Positions 18,566 to 28,592 are shown, counted from the stretch's first letter. The stretch: DNA of 48,487 nucleotides from Candidatus Saccharimonadota bacterium (GCA_036848695.1 DAIUJM010000002.1:1-48487), one strand, 5' to 3'. Program-made: numbers and translations. Notes: generated by a model not told the origin, from the letters alone.

Positions 18566-20433
18566 GCATTGACAAGTTAACAGAGATGGAGATTCGTACT
18601 CGACTCATCACTCCCGCCATTCAAAATGCGGGATGGCAGATTGATACAGTTCGTGAGGAATTTTATTATTTTACGCAAGGTAGAATCATTGTTCGTGGCA
18701 AGAAGTCTTTTCGTAAAGATCGAAAATTTGTAGATTACTTACTTTTCAGGCAGGACGGCACCAACACCCCCCTGGCTATTGTCGAAGCAAAAGACGGCAG
18801 TCACGACGTAGGTGACGGGATGCAACAGGCATTAGAGTACGCGGAGCATTTAGATGTACCATTCGTATTTACAAGCAACGGTGACGGCTTTGTAATGCAC
18901 GACAGAACCGACCAACTTGCGGAAGTCGAAAAAACTATATCGCTTAATGATTTTCCCAGACCCGACGAGCTAGATGCTCTGTATCGTTCTTGGCGCGGAA
19001 TAGAAAACGAATCCTCGCAAGAACTTCTCAATACCCCGTACCATGATGATGGTAGCGGTAAAAAGCCTCGTTACTATCAAAGAGTTGCAATAAATAGAAC
19101 AATTGAAGCAATAGCTCGTGGACAAAAAAGAATACTACTTGTTATGGCTACGGGTACAGGAAAGACATTCACTGCCGCACAAATCATCTGGAGATATTGG
19201 AAAGCCCCGACAGAAAAGCAAAAAAGAATTCTATTCCTGGCAGACAGAAACATTCTTGTCGATCAAACAAAATCCAATGATTTCAAGCATTTTGGCACTG
19301 CAATGACTAAAATCGAAAATCGAAATATCGATAAGTCGTACGAAATTTACCTGTCGCTCTACCAGGCAGTAACTGGCACAGAAGAACAAAGTAATATATA
19401 TAAACAATTTGATCGTGACTTTTTTGATCTTATTGTCATTGATGAATGTCACCGCGGAAGTTCCAAAGAAGACAGCTCATGGCGAAACATTCTGGAGTAC
19501 TTTAGTTCAGCGGTCCAGGTCGGCTTGACTGCGACACCAATTGAAACGAAAGAGGCCAGCAGCTCGCATTATTTTGGAGAGCCAATCTACACATACTCAT
19601 TAAAAGACGGCATAGATGACGGCTTCTTAGCACCATACAAAGTTATCCGAGTCGCAACTGATGTAGATACCTTCGGCTACCGACCAGAAGAAGGTGAGAC
19701 AGATGATGACGGCAACGAAATTGAAGACAAAGAATATACCAGTAAAGATATCGACCGGAATATAATTCTCCCTGAACGCGACAAAAAAGTCGCCCGGTAC
19801 ATCACAAAGTTTCTAGAAAAGACCGATCCTTATGCCAAAACAATTGTTTTCTGCCGAACCATTAATCACGCAACTCGTATGCGACAAGCGCTCATCAATG
19901 AGAACCCAGAACGAGTCCGCGAGAACAGTAAGTACGTGCTCAAGATTACAGGCGATGACCAAATTGGCAAAGCCGAACTGGATAGTTTTATAGACCCAGA
20001 ATCACGCTACCCTGTTATTGCGACAACTTCAAAGTTAATGACCACTGGTGTTGATGCGCAAACTTGCAAGGTGATAGTGCTCGACAGCAATATTGAAAGC
20101 ATGACGGAGTTTAAGCAAATTATTGGTCGCGGGACGCGCGTTCGTGAAGACTATGGCAAGACCTATTTCACAATTTTAGATTTCCGTAATGTCACTAAGC
20201 TGTTTGCAGACCCTGGTTTTGACGGTGACCCGGTCAAGGTATATGAACCTAAAAACGAAGATGAGTTTGACGAAACGATTGAAGATATTGAAAACGACAC
20301 CTACCCAGCGCCAGAAGAAAACACCGATTCTGATTTCGTGCATGATTCAGGCCCAGAAACGGAAGTATATATTCCAGATCCCCGTACAGATAAAGTAGAA
20401 CGCATTATCCATACCATTAGCGGTAGCAGGTAG
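18562..20433 (+). CDS. hsdR: type I restriction enzyme R subunit, N-terminal 623 aa (nuclease plus helicase core); truncated by a frameshift
   Basis: HSDR_N-type start ([14 protein letters not shown]), PD-(D/E)xK region (FVDYLLF...VEAKD), helicase motifs [24 protein letters not shown]. Confidence 0.85.
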   Translation: MSIDKLTEMEIRTRLITPAIQNAGWQIDTVREEFYYFTQGRIIVRGKKSFRKDRKFVDYLLFRQDGTNTPLAIVEAKDGSHDVGDGMQQALEYAEHLDVPFVFTSNGDGFVMHDRTDQLAEVEKTISLNDFPRPDELDALYRSWRGIENESSQELLNTPYHDDGSGKKPRYYQRVAINRTIEAIARGQKRILLVMATGTGKTFTAAQIIWRYWKAPTEKQKRILFLADRNILVDQTKSNDFKHFGTAMTKIENRNIDKSYEIYLSLYQAVTGTEEQSNIYKQFDRDFFDLIVIDECHRGSSKEDSSWRNILEYFSSAVQVGLTATPIETKEASSSHYFGEPIYTYSLKDGIDDGFLAPYKVIRVATDVDTFGYRPEEGETDDDGNEIEDKEYTSKDIDRNIILPERDKKVARYITKFLEKTDPYAKTIVFCRTINHATRMRQALINENPERVRENSKYVLKITGDDQIGKAELDSFIDPESRYPVIATTSKLMTTGVDAQTCKVIVLDSNIESMTEFKQIIGRGTRVREDYGKTYFTILDFRNVTKLFADPGFDGDPVKVYEPKNEDEFDETIEDIENDTYPAPEENTDSDFVHDSGPETEVYIPDPRTDKVERIIHTISGSR

Positions 20434-20450
20434 AAATAGTCGGCGAGAGA

Positions 20451-20969
20451 GTGCAAATTATTGATGCTGAGGGTAAGTTAATAACCGAAAGTCTCACTGA
20501 CTACACAAAACGCAACATCCTTGGAGAATACGCAACGCTCGACGAGTTTCTGCAAACTTGGCAAAACGCGAAGCAGCGATATTATATCCTTGAGGAGTTA
20601 GAAAACAAAGGTGTACCACTTTCCGAATTAAGAGAAAAATTTGGCGGTGACATGGATCTATTTGATCTTGTACTACACATAGCTTATGACCAGAAGCCAC
20701 TCAAGCGTTCCGATCGCGCAGAGTCTGTGCGGCGCAGCAAGTTCTTTAATGAATACCAAGGTAGGGCGCGTGAAGTCCTAGAGGCGCTACTGGATAAATA
20801 CGAATCAGCAAGTCTCAAAACAATTGAAGACCCTTCAATCCTACGGCTAAAGCCAATAGATCAGTTTGGGACACCAGTAGAAATAGCGCAATTGTTCGGT
20901 GGGATTGAACATTATCAAACGGCAGTTAATCAGCTTGAAGAAAAGATATACGAAAGAGCGGGGGCTTAA
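20451..20969 (+). CDS. hsdR: detached C-terminal domain of HsdR (EcoEI R-type C-terminal domain) in a different frame
   Basis: This frame is open from 20427 ([27 protein letters not shown]...), continuing the HsdR architecture. It ends 0 nt before the hsdM ATG. Confidence 0.6.
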   Translation: MQIIDAEGKLITESLTDYTKRNILGEYATLDEFLQTWQNAKQRYYILEELENKGVPLSELREKFGGDMDLFDLVLHIAYDQKPLKRSDRAESVRRSKFFNEYQGRAREVLEALLDKYESASLKTIEDPSILRLKPIDQFGTPVEIAQLFGGIEHYQTAVNQLEEKIYERAGA

Positions 20970-22412
20970 ATGATCACATCAGGACTTATTAAAACTATTC
21001 AAGACATCATGAGAAAAGACGAAGGTGTGGATGGTGATGCGCAGCGGCTTAGTCAGTTAGTCTGGCTTATTTTTCTTAAAGTCTTAGATGACAGCGAAAA
21101 GCAAAAACAGTTTTTAGATAGTAGTTATGCTTCAGTCATCCCAGTCGAGTATCAGTGGCATACCTGGGCGGCTGACCCGGCGGGAATTACTGGCGATGCA
21201 CTACTAGACTTTATAAACAACGAACTCTTCCCGGCACTAAGTCAGCTGCAATCTGCTGGCAATAAGCGAGCCGACATCATCCGTGCTGCCTTTGAGGGGT
21301 CGTATAACTATATGAAGAACGGTACGCTTCTGCGTCAGGTAATTAACAAGATAAATGAGATAAATTTTAACTCTACCGATGATCGCCACAGCTTTAATGA
21401 TATTTACGAAAACCTGCTGGCTAGTCTACAGAGCGCCGGCAACGCTGGTGAATACTACACACCACGACCCGTCACAAAGTTTATTGTTGAGATGGTTAAC
21501 CCTCAACTTGGTGAAAAAATATTTGACCCTGCTTGCGGTACTGGCGGTTTTTTAAGTAACGCTATTGAACACATGCGCCCACAGGCGAAAACCCCAGAAG
21601 ACCTCAAACTACTTGAAGCCTCCATCTACGGTGTTGAAAAAAAGCAACTGCCGTATTTGCTCTGTAGTACCAACATGATTCTGCACGGCATAGAAGAACC
21701 TTACAACATTCGTCACGACAACACACTGCGCAAGCCACTAACTAGCTACGGTCCTGCAGACTATGTAGATTGCATCACCGCCAACCCACCATTTGGTGGT
21801 AAAGAAGAAGACGGTATTGAAGATAACTTCCCAAGCTGGGGTCGCACCCGAGAAACCGCCGATCTCTTTTTGCAACTTTTTGTTCGTTTACTCAAACCTG
21901 GCGGCCGCGCCGGAATTGTACTACCAGACGGCACGTTATTCGGTGAAGGCGTGAAGACACGCATAAAAGAACACTTACTAGAAGAATGTAATCTCCACAC
22001 AATCGTTCGCTTACCAAATAGCGTATTTGCTCCCTACACATCTATCGCTACAAACCTGCTATTTTTCACCAAAGGCGAGCCAACCAAAGAGATCTGGTAC
22101 TACGAACACCGCTTGCCGGAAGGTGTAAAAGCCTACAACAAAACCAAACCAATCTGTATTGAAGAATTTGATGAAATTAAATCTTGGTGGAATGACCGTA
22201 AGGAAAATGAAGGCGCCTGGAAAGTCAGCATAGATGAAATCAAAAAGCGCGGCTATAACCTCGACATAAAAAACCCAAATATCGTAGAGGTAGACGAACT
22301 TAACCCAGAAGAAGTATTAAAAGATTATCGCGCCAAACAAGCCGAAGTTAAAGAGATACTAGAAAAAATCAAAGCAGAACTCACCGAGGCACTCGCACAC
22401 CATGACCGTTAA
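20970..22412 (+). CDS. hsdM: type I R-M system DNA methyltransferase subunit M (N6-adenine)
   Basis: HsdM N-terminal domain, AdoMet motif FDPACGTGGFL, catalytic NPPFG. Confidence 0.95.
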   Translation: MITSGLIKTIQDIMRKDEGVDGDAQRLSQLVWLIFLKVLDDSEKQKQFLDSSYASVIPVEYQWHTWAADPAGITGDALLDFINNELFPALSQLQSAGNKRADIIRAAFEGSYNYMKNGTLLRQVINKINEINFNSTDDRHSFNDIYENLLASLQSAGNAGEYYTPRPVTKFIVEMVNPQLGEKIFDPACGTGGFLSNAIEHMRPQAKTPEDLKLLEASIYGVEKKQLPYLLCSTNMILHGIEEPYNIRHDNTLRKPLTSYGPADYVDCITANPPFGGKEEDGIEDNFPSWGRTRETADLFLQLFVRLLKPGGRAGIVLPDGTLFGEGVKTRIKEHLLEECNLHTIVRLPNSVFAPYTSIATNLLFFTKGEPTKEIWYYEHRLPEGVKAYNKTKPICIEEFDEIKSWWNDRKENEGAWKVSIDEIKKRGYNLDIKNPNIVEVDELNPEEVLKDYRAKQAEVKEILEKIKAELTEALAHHDR

Positions 22413-24048
22413 AGACCTCCGTACTCTAGTAGATAGCCTAGAAGAGTACATTCACGTACCCGGCGGCATCGAACGCCTCAAAAAAACCATTCTCCACTTA
22501 GCAGTTTCAGGTAAGCTGGTTCCACAAGACCCATTCGAAGGAACCGGCGAAGAGCTTTATAAACAAATCCAAGTCGAAAAGCAAAAGCGTATAGCTGAAG
22601 GCAAAGTAAAAAAACAAAAACCATTATTAGAAATAGCAAATGATGAAATTCCATTTGAAATCCCACAATCTTGGAAATGGGTGAGACCACAGGAGGTGGG
22701 CCAAATCAACCCAAGAAATTATGTCGACGATTCCATTGATATTGGTTTCATCCCAATGACAAAAGTGAGTGAAAAATATGGTGCCGCTCCTAAGTATGAA
22801 GTTCGTAAGTGGATTGAAGTAAAAAAGAACTTTACCCATTTTGCTGATGGCGACGTTGTTCTTGCAAAAATTACACCATGCTTTGAAAATTCAAAAGCAG
22901 GAATCATCGTAAGTTTACCGAATCATTATGGTGCTGGTACTACAGAACTGCATGTTTTTAGGCAAGATAGCAAATTAATACTTCCTAAGTACTCCTACTT
23001 ATGGTTCAAAAATCCAACCTATCTTGAAACCGGTAAAACTAAGATGACCGGTTCTGCAGGACAGAAGCGTGTTTCTACAGAGTTCTTTGCAAACTTTCCT
23101 ATGCCACTTCCGCCCTCTAGTGAGCAGCTTAGGATAGTTGAAAAAGTTGATGCTATATTTGCGCTGATTGATGAACTTGCAGAAAAATATGTCGTGGAAC
23201 AGAAAGAGCGTGAAATGCTCGTTGGTTCATCGCTCGCACATTTAGCAAAAGGTGACGGAAACCTTGCGCTCAAATATCTACTAGAAATAATACGTACCAA
23301 ATCAGACGCAGCGCAACTCCGCAAAACGATCCTCCATCTCGCTGTCTCTGGCCAACTCGTCCCACAAGACCCATCAGAAGGAACCGGCGAAGAACTCTTT
23401 GCCAAAATCCAAGCCGAAAAAGCCAACCTAACCAAAGAAGGGAAGCTAAAAAAGCAAAAACCCCTTTCCGAAATCACCGAATCCGAAGTCCCATTCCAAA
23501 TCCCCAAAACCTGGAAATGGGCCAGATTAGGTGAAATCTCCAATATCTTTAATGGAAATAGCATCAACGCAAGCGAAAAGAAGTTGAAGTATGAGAAGGT
23601 AGCAGAAGGCTACCCCTATCTTGGCACAAAGGATATTGGTTATGGGTTCGATAATATCGATTATGATAATGGTGTAAAAACACCGTATGACGAAGGTAAA
23701 TTTACTGTGATACCAAAAGGCACGGTTTTGATTTGTTCTGAAGGTGGGAGTGCTGGGAAAAAGTGCGGAATCGTTGATCGGGACGTAACTTTTGGCAACA
23801 AAATGTACGCATTTAACGCTTATGGCAACAATATGCTTCCGGATTTCGTACTATACAACTACTTAACAAAGCACTTCCATAATCACTTTATTGGCAAAAT
23901 GACAGGCATAATTGGTGGCATTTCTGTAGCAAACTTTAAAGAATTGATCATCCCGCTTCCACCGCAAGATGAACAAATTCGCATCGTCCAAAAAACCACT
24001 CAGCTTTTAGATTTAGTAGACGAACTAGAGAAACACCTAGAGAGGTAA
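22402..24048 (+). CDS. hsdS: type I R-M system specificity subunit S
   Basis: Two target-recognition domains separated by duplicated conserved helices (LKKTILHLAVSGKLVPQDP... and LRKTILHLAVSGQLVPQDP...). 11 nt overlap with hsdM. Confidence 0.9.
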   Translation: MTVKDLRTLVDSLEEYIHVPGGIERLKKTILHLAVSGKLVPQDPFEGTGEELYKQIQVEKQKRIAEGKVKKQKPLLEIANDEIPFEIPQSWKWVRPQEVGQINPRNYVDDSIDIGFIPMTKVSEKYGAAPKYEVRKWIEVKKNFTHFADGDVVLAKITPCFENSKAGIIVSLPNHYGAGTTELHVFRQDSKLILPKYSYLWFKNPTYLETGKTKMTGSAGQKRVSTEFFANFPMPLPPSSEQLRIVEKVDAIFALIDELAEKYVVEQKEREMLVGSSLAHLAKGDGNLALKYLLEIIRTKSDAAQLRKTILHLAVSGQLVPQDPSEGTGEELFAKIQAEKANLTKEGKLKKQKPLSEITESEVPFQIPKTWKWARLGEISNIFNGNSINASEKKLKYEKVAEGYPYLGTKDIGYGFDNIDYDNGVKTPYDEGKFTVIPKGTVLICSEGGSAGKKCGIVDRDVTFGNKMYAFNAYGNNMLPDFVLYNYLTKHFHNHFIGKMTGIIGGISVANFKELIIPLPPQDEQIRIVQKTTQLLDLVDELEKHLER

Positions 24049-24054
24049 TTCGGT

Positions 24055-24318
24055 TTATTGAACGCTTCCGAGCGAAGGACCTTTAATCGCGTATTTTAGC
24101 TTAACGTCGGTAGTATTTATGTATGTATGTAGACCACTACCCTGATTTGCTAGTGTTTTCATTTGATTAATGGCAGTCTGGCTAGCACTCGCGTGAGTGT
24201 ACTTGTAGAATCTAATGGCACTATATTTATTCGGCTTAAATTCAACTATGATGTAATCGCCTCCGATCATGTAGTTTAGGACACCTGATTCTCCGCTAAG
24301 ATTTGCATAAGATTCCAT
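24055..24318 (-). CDS. KTSC-domain-like small protein (87 aa)
   Basis: IIVEFKPNKYSAIRFYKYTHASASQTAINQMKTLANQGSGLHTYIN resembles the KTSC (lysyl-tRNA synthetase C-terminal-like) domain pattern. Confidence 0.5.
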   Translation of the reverse strand: MESYANLSGESGVLNYMIGGDYIIVEFKPNKYSAIRFYKYTHASASQTAINQMKTLANQGSGLHTYINTTDVKLKYAIKGPSLGSVQ

Positions 24319-24436
24319 TTTATCCTCCTTGGATAGTAATTATTCTTTGCTATACTCGGAGGGTGACGCATTTTTGCGCCACCCAACCATGTTCGTCAGA
24401 TCTGCTTCCCGCTAAAAGAATGCAAGTCTGGCGATT

Positions 24437-24655
24437 TTACTTTGTGTGACAGTCTGTGCAGTGTGCGCAACCGTCAATATCCCAGTTTGGATACTCTGAC
24501 TCAGCATCTTCAATTGCGTCACCGCAATCGAAATGCCAGCCAAGATTAATCTGGTTGGCAGGGGCTGGGTATGTTTCGCTATTGCAGTGTACATCAGTAT
24601 CATGAACTTCATGATGATTGTCATACTCTTGTGAATTGAGAACATATGTACTCAT
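24437..24655 (-). CDS. Cys/His-rich acidic mini-protein (72 aa)
   Basis: GAAAGGA lies upstream of ATG 24655. Reads MSTYVLNSQEYDNHHEVHDTDVHC...FDCGD...GCAHCTDCHTK. The longer track ORF start lacks an RBS. Confidence 0.45.
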   Translation of the reverse strand: MSTYVLNSQEYDNHHEVHDTDVHCNSETYPAPANQINLGWHFDCGDAIEDAESEYPNWDIDGCAHCTDCHTK

Positions 24656-24863
24656 AACAGTCCTTTCGTTGATTAAAGTTGATATATTTTGGAAATTTAG
24701 GTTTTCTCGCAGTAAACGCAATCTCCTCCGAACCCCATTACATCCCACCTTTGTTTTGTAGTTCTACCATACTATAGCGTAAAAAGAGATATCTTGTCTA
24801 GTATCTGCCGCCATTTTCACTGAAAAGTACTAAAGTGCACGAATTTTTGATACAATATAAATA

Positions 24864-25508
24864 ATGCATACAGTTCAACAAAAACTATTAGATCTGGCAG
24901 AATCAAAAGATTTGTCACGAATTCCACTCCGCAAGATAGCTGTTCTTATAGGCACACCCAGTATGAGTCCTGGTGTTTTACAGCATCACTTCGCGCAATT
25001 AGAAAAGAAGAAACTTCTATTTATCGACCGCAAGGTGAAGACGCAGCAGCTGGGCGCTGATTTGAAGGATGATAGGTTCTTCGCGATACCTATTGTTGGC
25101 ATGGCAAGCTGTGGCCCGGCTAATCAATTTGCGGACGAGGCAACCGAAGGCTATCTTCATGTGTCGAAAAGCAGCCTGAGGGCAAAAGGAAAATTATTTG
25201 CCGTACGTGCAGCGGGTGATTCTATGAATGACGCACGTGTTGCAACGCCAAATGGTGAGCTAGCCTCAATAAATGATGGTGACTATGCGATAGTTGACAT
25301 TTTCTATGTATCAGTTGAAGACAATATAGGAAGATATATCGTCTCAATAATCAATGGGATGGCTAATATCAAAAAACTTGCCAAGAGAGCATATGATTAT
25401 GCGCTTCTTTCAGAGTCCTTAAGTATGGAAAAATATCCACCGATTATTATTCATGAAGATGATAACTATTTGATCAATGGGCGTGTAATAGCAGTAGTGA
25501 AGGGATAA
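24864..25508 (+). CDS. lexA: LexA-like repressor (winged-helix N-domain plus S24 peptidase)
   Basis: S24 catalytic Ser in AAGDSMND, Lys in ANIKKL, and a candidate self-cleavage site in [11 protein letters not shown] aligned to the LexA VAAGEP region. Confidence 0.75.
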   Translation: MHTVQQKLLDLAESKDLSRIPLRKIAVLIGTPSMSPGVLQHHFAQLEKKKLLFIDRKVKTQQLGADLKDDRFFAIPIVGMASCGPANQFADEATEGYLHVSKSSLRAKGKLFAVRAAGDSMNDARVATPNGELASINDGDYAIVDIFYVSVEDNIGRYIVSIINGMANIKKLAKRAYDYALLSESLSMEKYPPIIIHEDDNYLINGRVIAVVKG

Positions 25509-25510
25509 TT

Positions 25511-26731
25511 ATGAAACAAGTCGTGTGTCCGCATTGTAAGAAGGCTTTCAAGATTGATGAGGCGGGGTTTGCTGATATTTTAAAGCAGGTTCGAGATGGT
25601 GAATTTGAGAGTGAGCTTCATGAGCGCTTGGCATTGCTTGAAAAAGAAAAAGAAAGTGCGGTTCAGTTGGCTGAAGCCAAGACTAAGAACGAGCTACAGG
25701 CTGAGGCGGCGAAGAAAGATGCTGAAATTGCCAAGCTGAAGGCGGATAAAGAGGCGGAAGTTGCACGGCTTCAGGCGAAGATTGAAGCATCTGAGACAGA
25801 GAAGAAGCTGGCTTTGACTGAAGCGGTGAATAAGTTGGAGCGAGAGCGTGATGAGCTTAGTAATAAGCTAGAGTATAAGGAATCAGAGAAGCAGTTGCTG
25901 GAATCTTCACTGAAGGTTAAGTATGAGGCTGAACTGAGATCAAAAGATGAAACGATTGCACTGTATAAAGATATGAAGGCCAAGCTTTCTACTAAGATGC
26001 TCGGTGAAACACTTGAGCAGCACTGCGAGATCGAATTTAATAAAATCCGCGCCAGCGCCTTTCCAAATGCCTATTTTGAAAAAGACAACGATGCCAGCAC
26101 TGGTACTAAAGGTGACTACGTGTACCGCGAAACTGATCAAGCTGGCAATGAAATCATCTCCATAATGTTTGAAATGAAAAACGAAGGTGATGAAACTGCC
26201 ACAAAAAAGAAGAACGAGGATTTCTTAAGCAAACTTGATGACGACCGTAGAAAGAAGAACTGTGAATTTGCAGTACTGGTTACCCTGCTGGAAGCCGATA
26301 ACGAACTATACAATACAGGCATTGTGGATGTTTCGCACAAATACCCAAAGATGTACGTTATCCGACCTCAATTCTTCATACAAATTATCACTTTACTCCG
26401 AAACGCTGCCATGAATTCTATGCAGTATAAAGCCGAGCTTGCATTGGTTAAGACACAAAATATAGATGTCACTAACTTTGAAAACCAGTTAAATGACTTC
26501 CGGGATTCTTTCGGCCGCAATTACCGGTTAGCATCGGAAAAATTCAAGACTGCTATTGAAAGCATTGACAAGTCTATTGTTCAGTTGCAGAAAACCAAAG
26601 AAAACCTATTGCGCTCAGAAGACAATCTGCGAATCGCTAACAATAAAGCCGATGAGCTCACTGTCAAAAAACTCACCCGAAGCAATCCAACTATGGCTGC
26701 CAAGTTCGCTGATCTAGAAAGTAATGAATAA
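25511..26731 (+). CDS. DUF2130-type protein: N-terminal Zn-ribbon, long coiled coil, C-terminal RmuC-like putative nuclease region
   Basis: VCPHCKKAF start, about 130 aa of E/K-rich heptads, then GDYVYRE...[10 protein letters not shown] (a D...ExK-like pattern). Starts 2 nt after the lexA-like stop. Confidence 0.65.
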   Translation: MKQVVCPHCKKAFKIDEAGFADILKQVRDGEFESELHERLALLEKEKESAVQLAEAKTKNELQAEAAKKDAEIAKLKADKEAEVARLQAKIEASETEKKLALTEAVNKLERERDELSNKLEYKESEKQLLESSLKVKYEAELRSKDETIALYKDMKAKLSTKMLGETLEQHCEIEFNKIRASAFPNAYFEKDNDASTGTKGDYVYRETDQAGNEIISIMFEMKNEGDETATKKKNEDFLSKLDDDRRKKNCEFAVLVTLLEADNELYNTGIVDVSHKYPKMYVIRPQFFIQIITLLRNAAMNSMQYKAELALVKTQNIDVTNFENQLNDFRDSFGRNYRLASEKFKTAIESIDKSIVQLQKTKENLLRSEDNLRIANNKADELTVKKLTRSNPTMAAKFADLESNE

Positions 26732-26793
26732 GAGCAGAGTATAGTGTATTACAAACTACCCATGCCCACCTAACCGTTGGAATGTTACGGCTA

Positions 26794-27393
26794 TTATTCG
26801 CCGGTGTCGAAGCTAATTCCTTCAACAAGGGCTTGGAAGGTTTCGTCTATTGGCAGTGGGTAATGCTGTGGTTGAAGGGGTGGCTGGTTCGGTTCTTCGT
26901 CTTCATTTTCATCTATTACTGCAAAAATAATTTGCAGCGCATCTGCAAGTTCAGCGAGTTCTTCAAGTGCCACTTTTGAGTTATTGGTTCGAGACACCCG
27001 TGGAGTGGTAGTATCTATTGCAGGATCATACACCAGATATGCCGGTTCGGGGCTACCTTCGAAGCTTTCTTTATATACGCTATGAACACCCTTTTGAGTA
27101 ATGATGCCATCTTTGACCCACGGCAATTGGCCAATAGTAAGGGTTGACGGCTTGTCTTCGTCATCTGCCAGTAGATGCTCTTCTAGCGATATATAATTGT
27201 ACTCGACTGGTGCATTTTCATCTGGATTACCAACGTTATCAACGTCAGAGGATTCTACTTCGCCGTAATTTGCAAGTAGAGAAGATACCGTTGTTGCAAT
27301 GGCGTATTCAAGAAATTTTCTTCGAGATTCATTTAATTCGCCAGTTGGTTCTGGTCGAGGTACATTTAAGGGAAATAACTTCCATTCTGCCAT
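26794..27393 (-). CDS. acidic hypothetical protein (199 aa)
   Basis: GAAGGAG lies 6 nt upstream of ATG 27393. No motif recognised. Confidence 0.5.
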   Translation of the reverse strand: MAEWKLFPLNVPRPEPTGELNESRRKFLEYAIATTVSSLLANYGEVESSDVDNVGNPDENAPVEYNYISLEEHLLADDEDKPSTLTIGQLPWVKDGIITQKGVHSVYKESFEGSPEPAYLVYDPAIDTTTPRVSRTNNSKVALEELAELADALQIIFAVIDENEDEEPNQPPLQPQHYPLPIDETFQALVEGISFDTGE

Positions 27394-27497
27394 GTTTACT
27401 CCTTCAAATATAAAGGGCCCCAGAGAACTGGAACCCACCGATATATGCATTATATCATACTAAATAACAGAAGTCAAGTTTACGAGATTTAAATTAT

Positions 27498-27587
27498 GTC
27501 ATCCTGAACTGGATTCAGGATCTAATCAATAAGCACATGGATCCTGAAACTAGCATGCCATGGCGACATGCCGTGGTTCAGGATGAC
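27498..27587. repeat. 90-nt double-hairpin element bounded by GTCATCC ... GGATGAC
   Basis: gtcatcctgaa-ctgga-ttcaggatc, then ggatcctgaa...ttcaggatgac. Confidence 0.8.
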
Positions 27588-27604
27588 ACACGAAGTGTAG
27601 TAAA

Positions 27605-28237
27605 TTACATTAGTTCTGCGTTGACGGCCATGAAGATGTCGGATATTTTGTTTTCGCTATTTAGTTTGAAGATTACTACATAGCCATCTGAGGAAAGTCC
27701 GATCACGCCGCCTGTTGCGGGAACGTATGCAGCGTAGTCGCCGGTGCGCCAATCGGCAATGGTTGCGGCTGGGACATCGAAGTTCCAGGTACCACTTGCG
27801 CTATTTAAGTACTTTAGATCTTCCATAGCTTGGGCTGGCGTTCTATTACCTATGCCTTCGCTTGCCGCAATGATCACTCTAACTGAATCCGCCATTAAAG
27901 GCCCGAGAGCGGTGAATGTATCGCTAGAAACTGCGCTACTAATTGCAGCTTTTGCAGCGGCCGCCGCATCTGCGGTATCTTTTGTAACTGACTTTTCTTT
28001 AGCAGCTGTGTCGCCAATATCTTTCTTCAAGGCCTCTATTGTGCTGTTCAGTGTAGCAATCTCTTCTTCGTGCTGTTTCTGAAGGCTTTGAATGTTAGAT
28101 TCTTGCCAGAAGTATACGCCGGCACCAACTCCGCCAATAACTACAAATGTTCCTACAATTGCAGCTATACGCTTGAACTTACTACCTTTATTCTTGCTAG
28201 CCGGTTGAATTGCTATTTGTCGAGCTCTATCATCCAT
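27605..28237 (-). CDS. membrane-anchored hypothetical protein (210 aa)
   Basis: N-terminal TM helix (IAAIVGTFVVIGGVGAGVYFW), a coiled segment, then a globular C-domain. Confidence 0.55.
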   Translation of the reverse strand: MDDRARQIAIQPASKNKGSKFKRIAAIVGTFVVIGGVGAGVYFWQESNIQSLQKQHEEEIATLNSTIEALKKDIGDTAAKEKSVTKDTADAAAAAKAAISSAVSSDTFTALGPLMADSVRVIIAASEGIGNRTPAQAMEDLKYLNSASGTWNFDVPAATIADWRTGDYAAYVPATGGVIGLSSDGYVVIFKLNSENKISDIFMAVNAELM

Positions 28238-28437
28238 TTCTTGTGACTCCGTTTATGGTTATTGTTGTAATTATACACTTTTTAGTGTTAGTGAATAGTG
28301 ATTAGTTGATAGTGAATAGTTCCTAGATGGAAACAATAAAAGCTCTCGCAAAGCGAGTTAATTCCATTCCACCATTTTGACTTACTTCCTGTTCTCCGTA
28401 GCAAGACTGCGAAGGGTGAATTGTGGTCAAAAGTGAG

Positions 28438-28581
28438 GAAGTTGACAAGCTCCGCTTGAAATTGAAGACTGGATTCTCAGTCCCGGAAAAAGACTTCTCG
28501 GGGCACAGCAAGCTTTAACGTCATCCCTGCGGAGGCAGGGATCCAGTAACGTAACTAGATTCCCGCCTTCGCGGGAATGAC
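28438..28581. repeat. GAAGTTGACAAGCTCCGCTTGAA module plus 62-nt double-hairpin element (28520-28581)
   Basis: gtcatccctgc-ggag-gcagggatccag, then gattcccgc-cttc-gcgggaatgac. Confidence 0.8.
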
Positions 28582-28592
28582 AGAACGAGGGG

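Noticed and set aside
16000-27000. A prophage or integrative element, suggested by the LexA/CI-like repressor, the zeta-like kinase and the R-M system.
   Set aside because: No integrase, recombinase, replication, structural or lysis genes are present, and no flanking direct repeats were seen. I describe it as a defence/accessory island instead.
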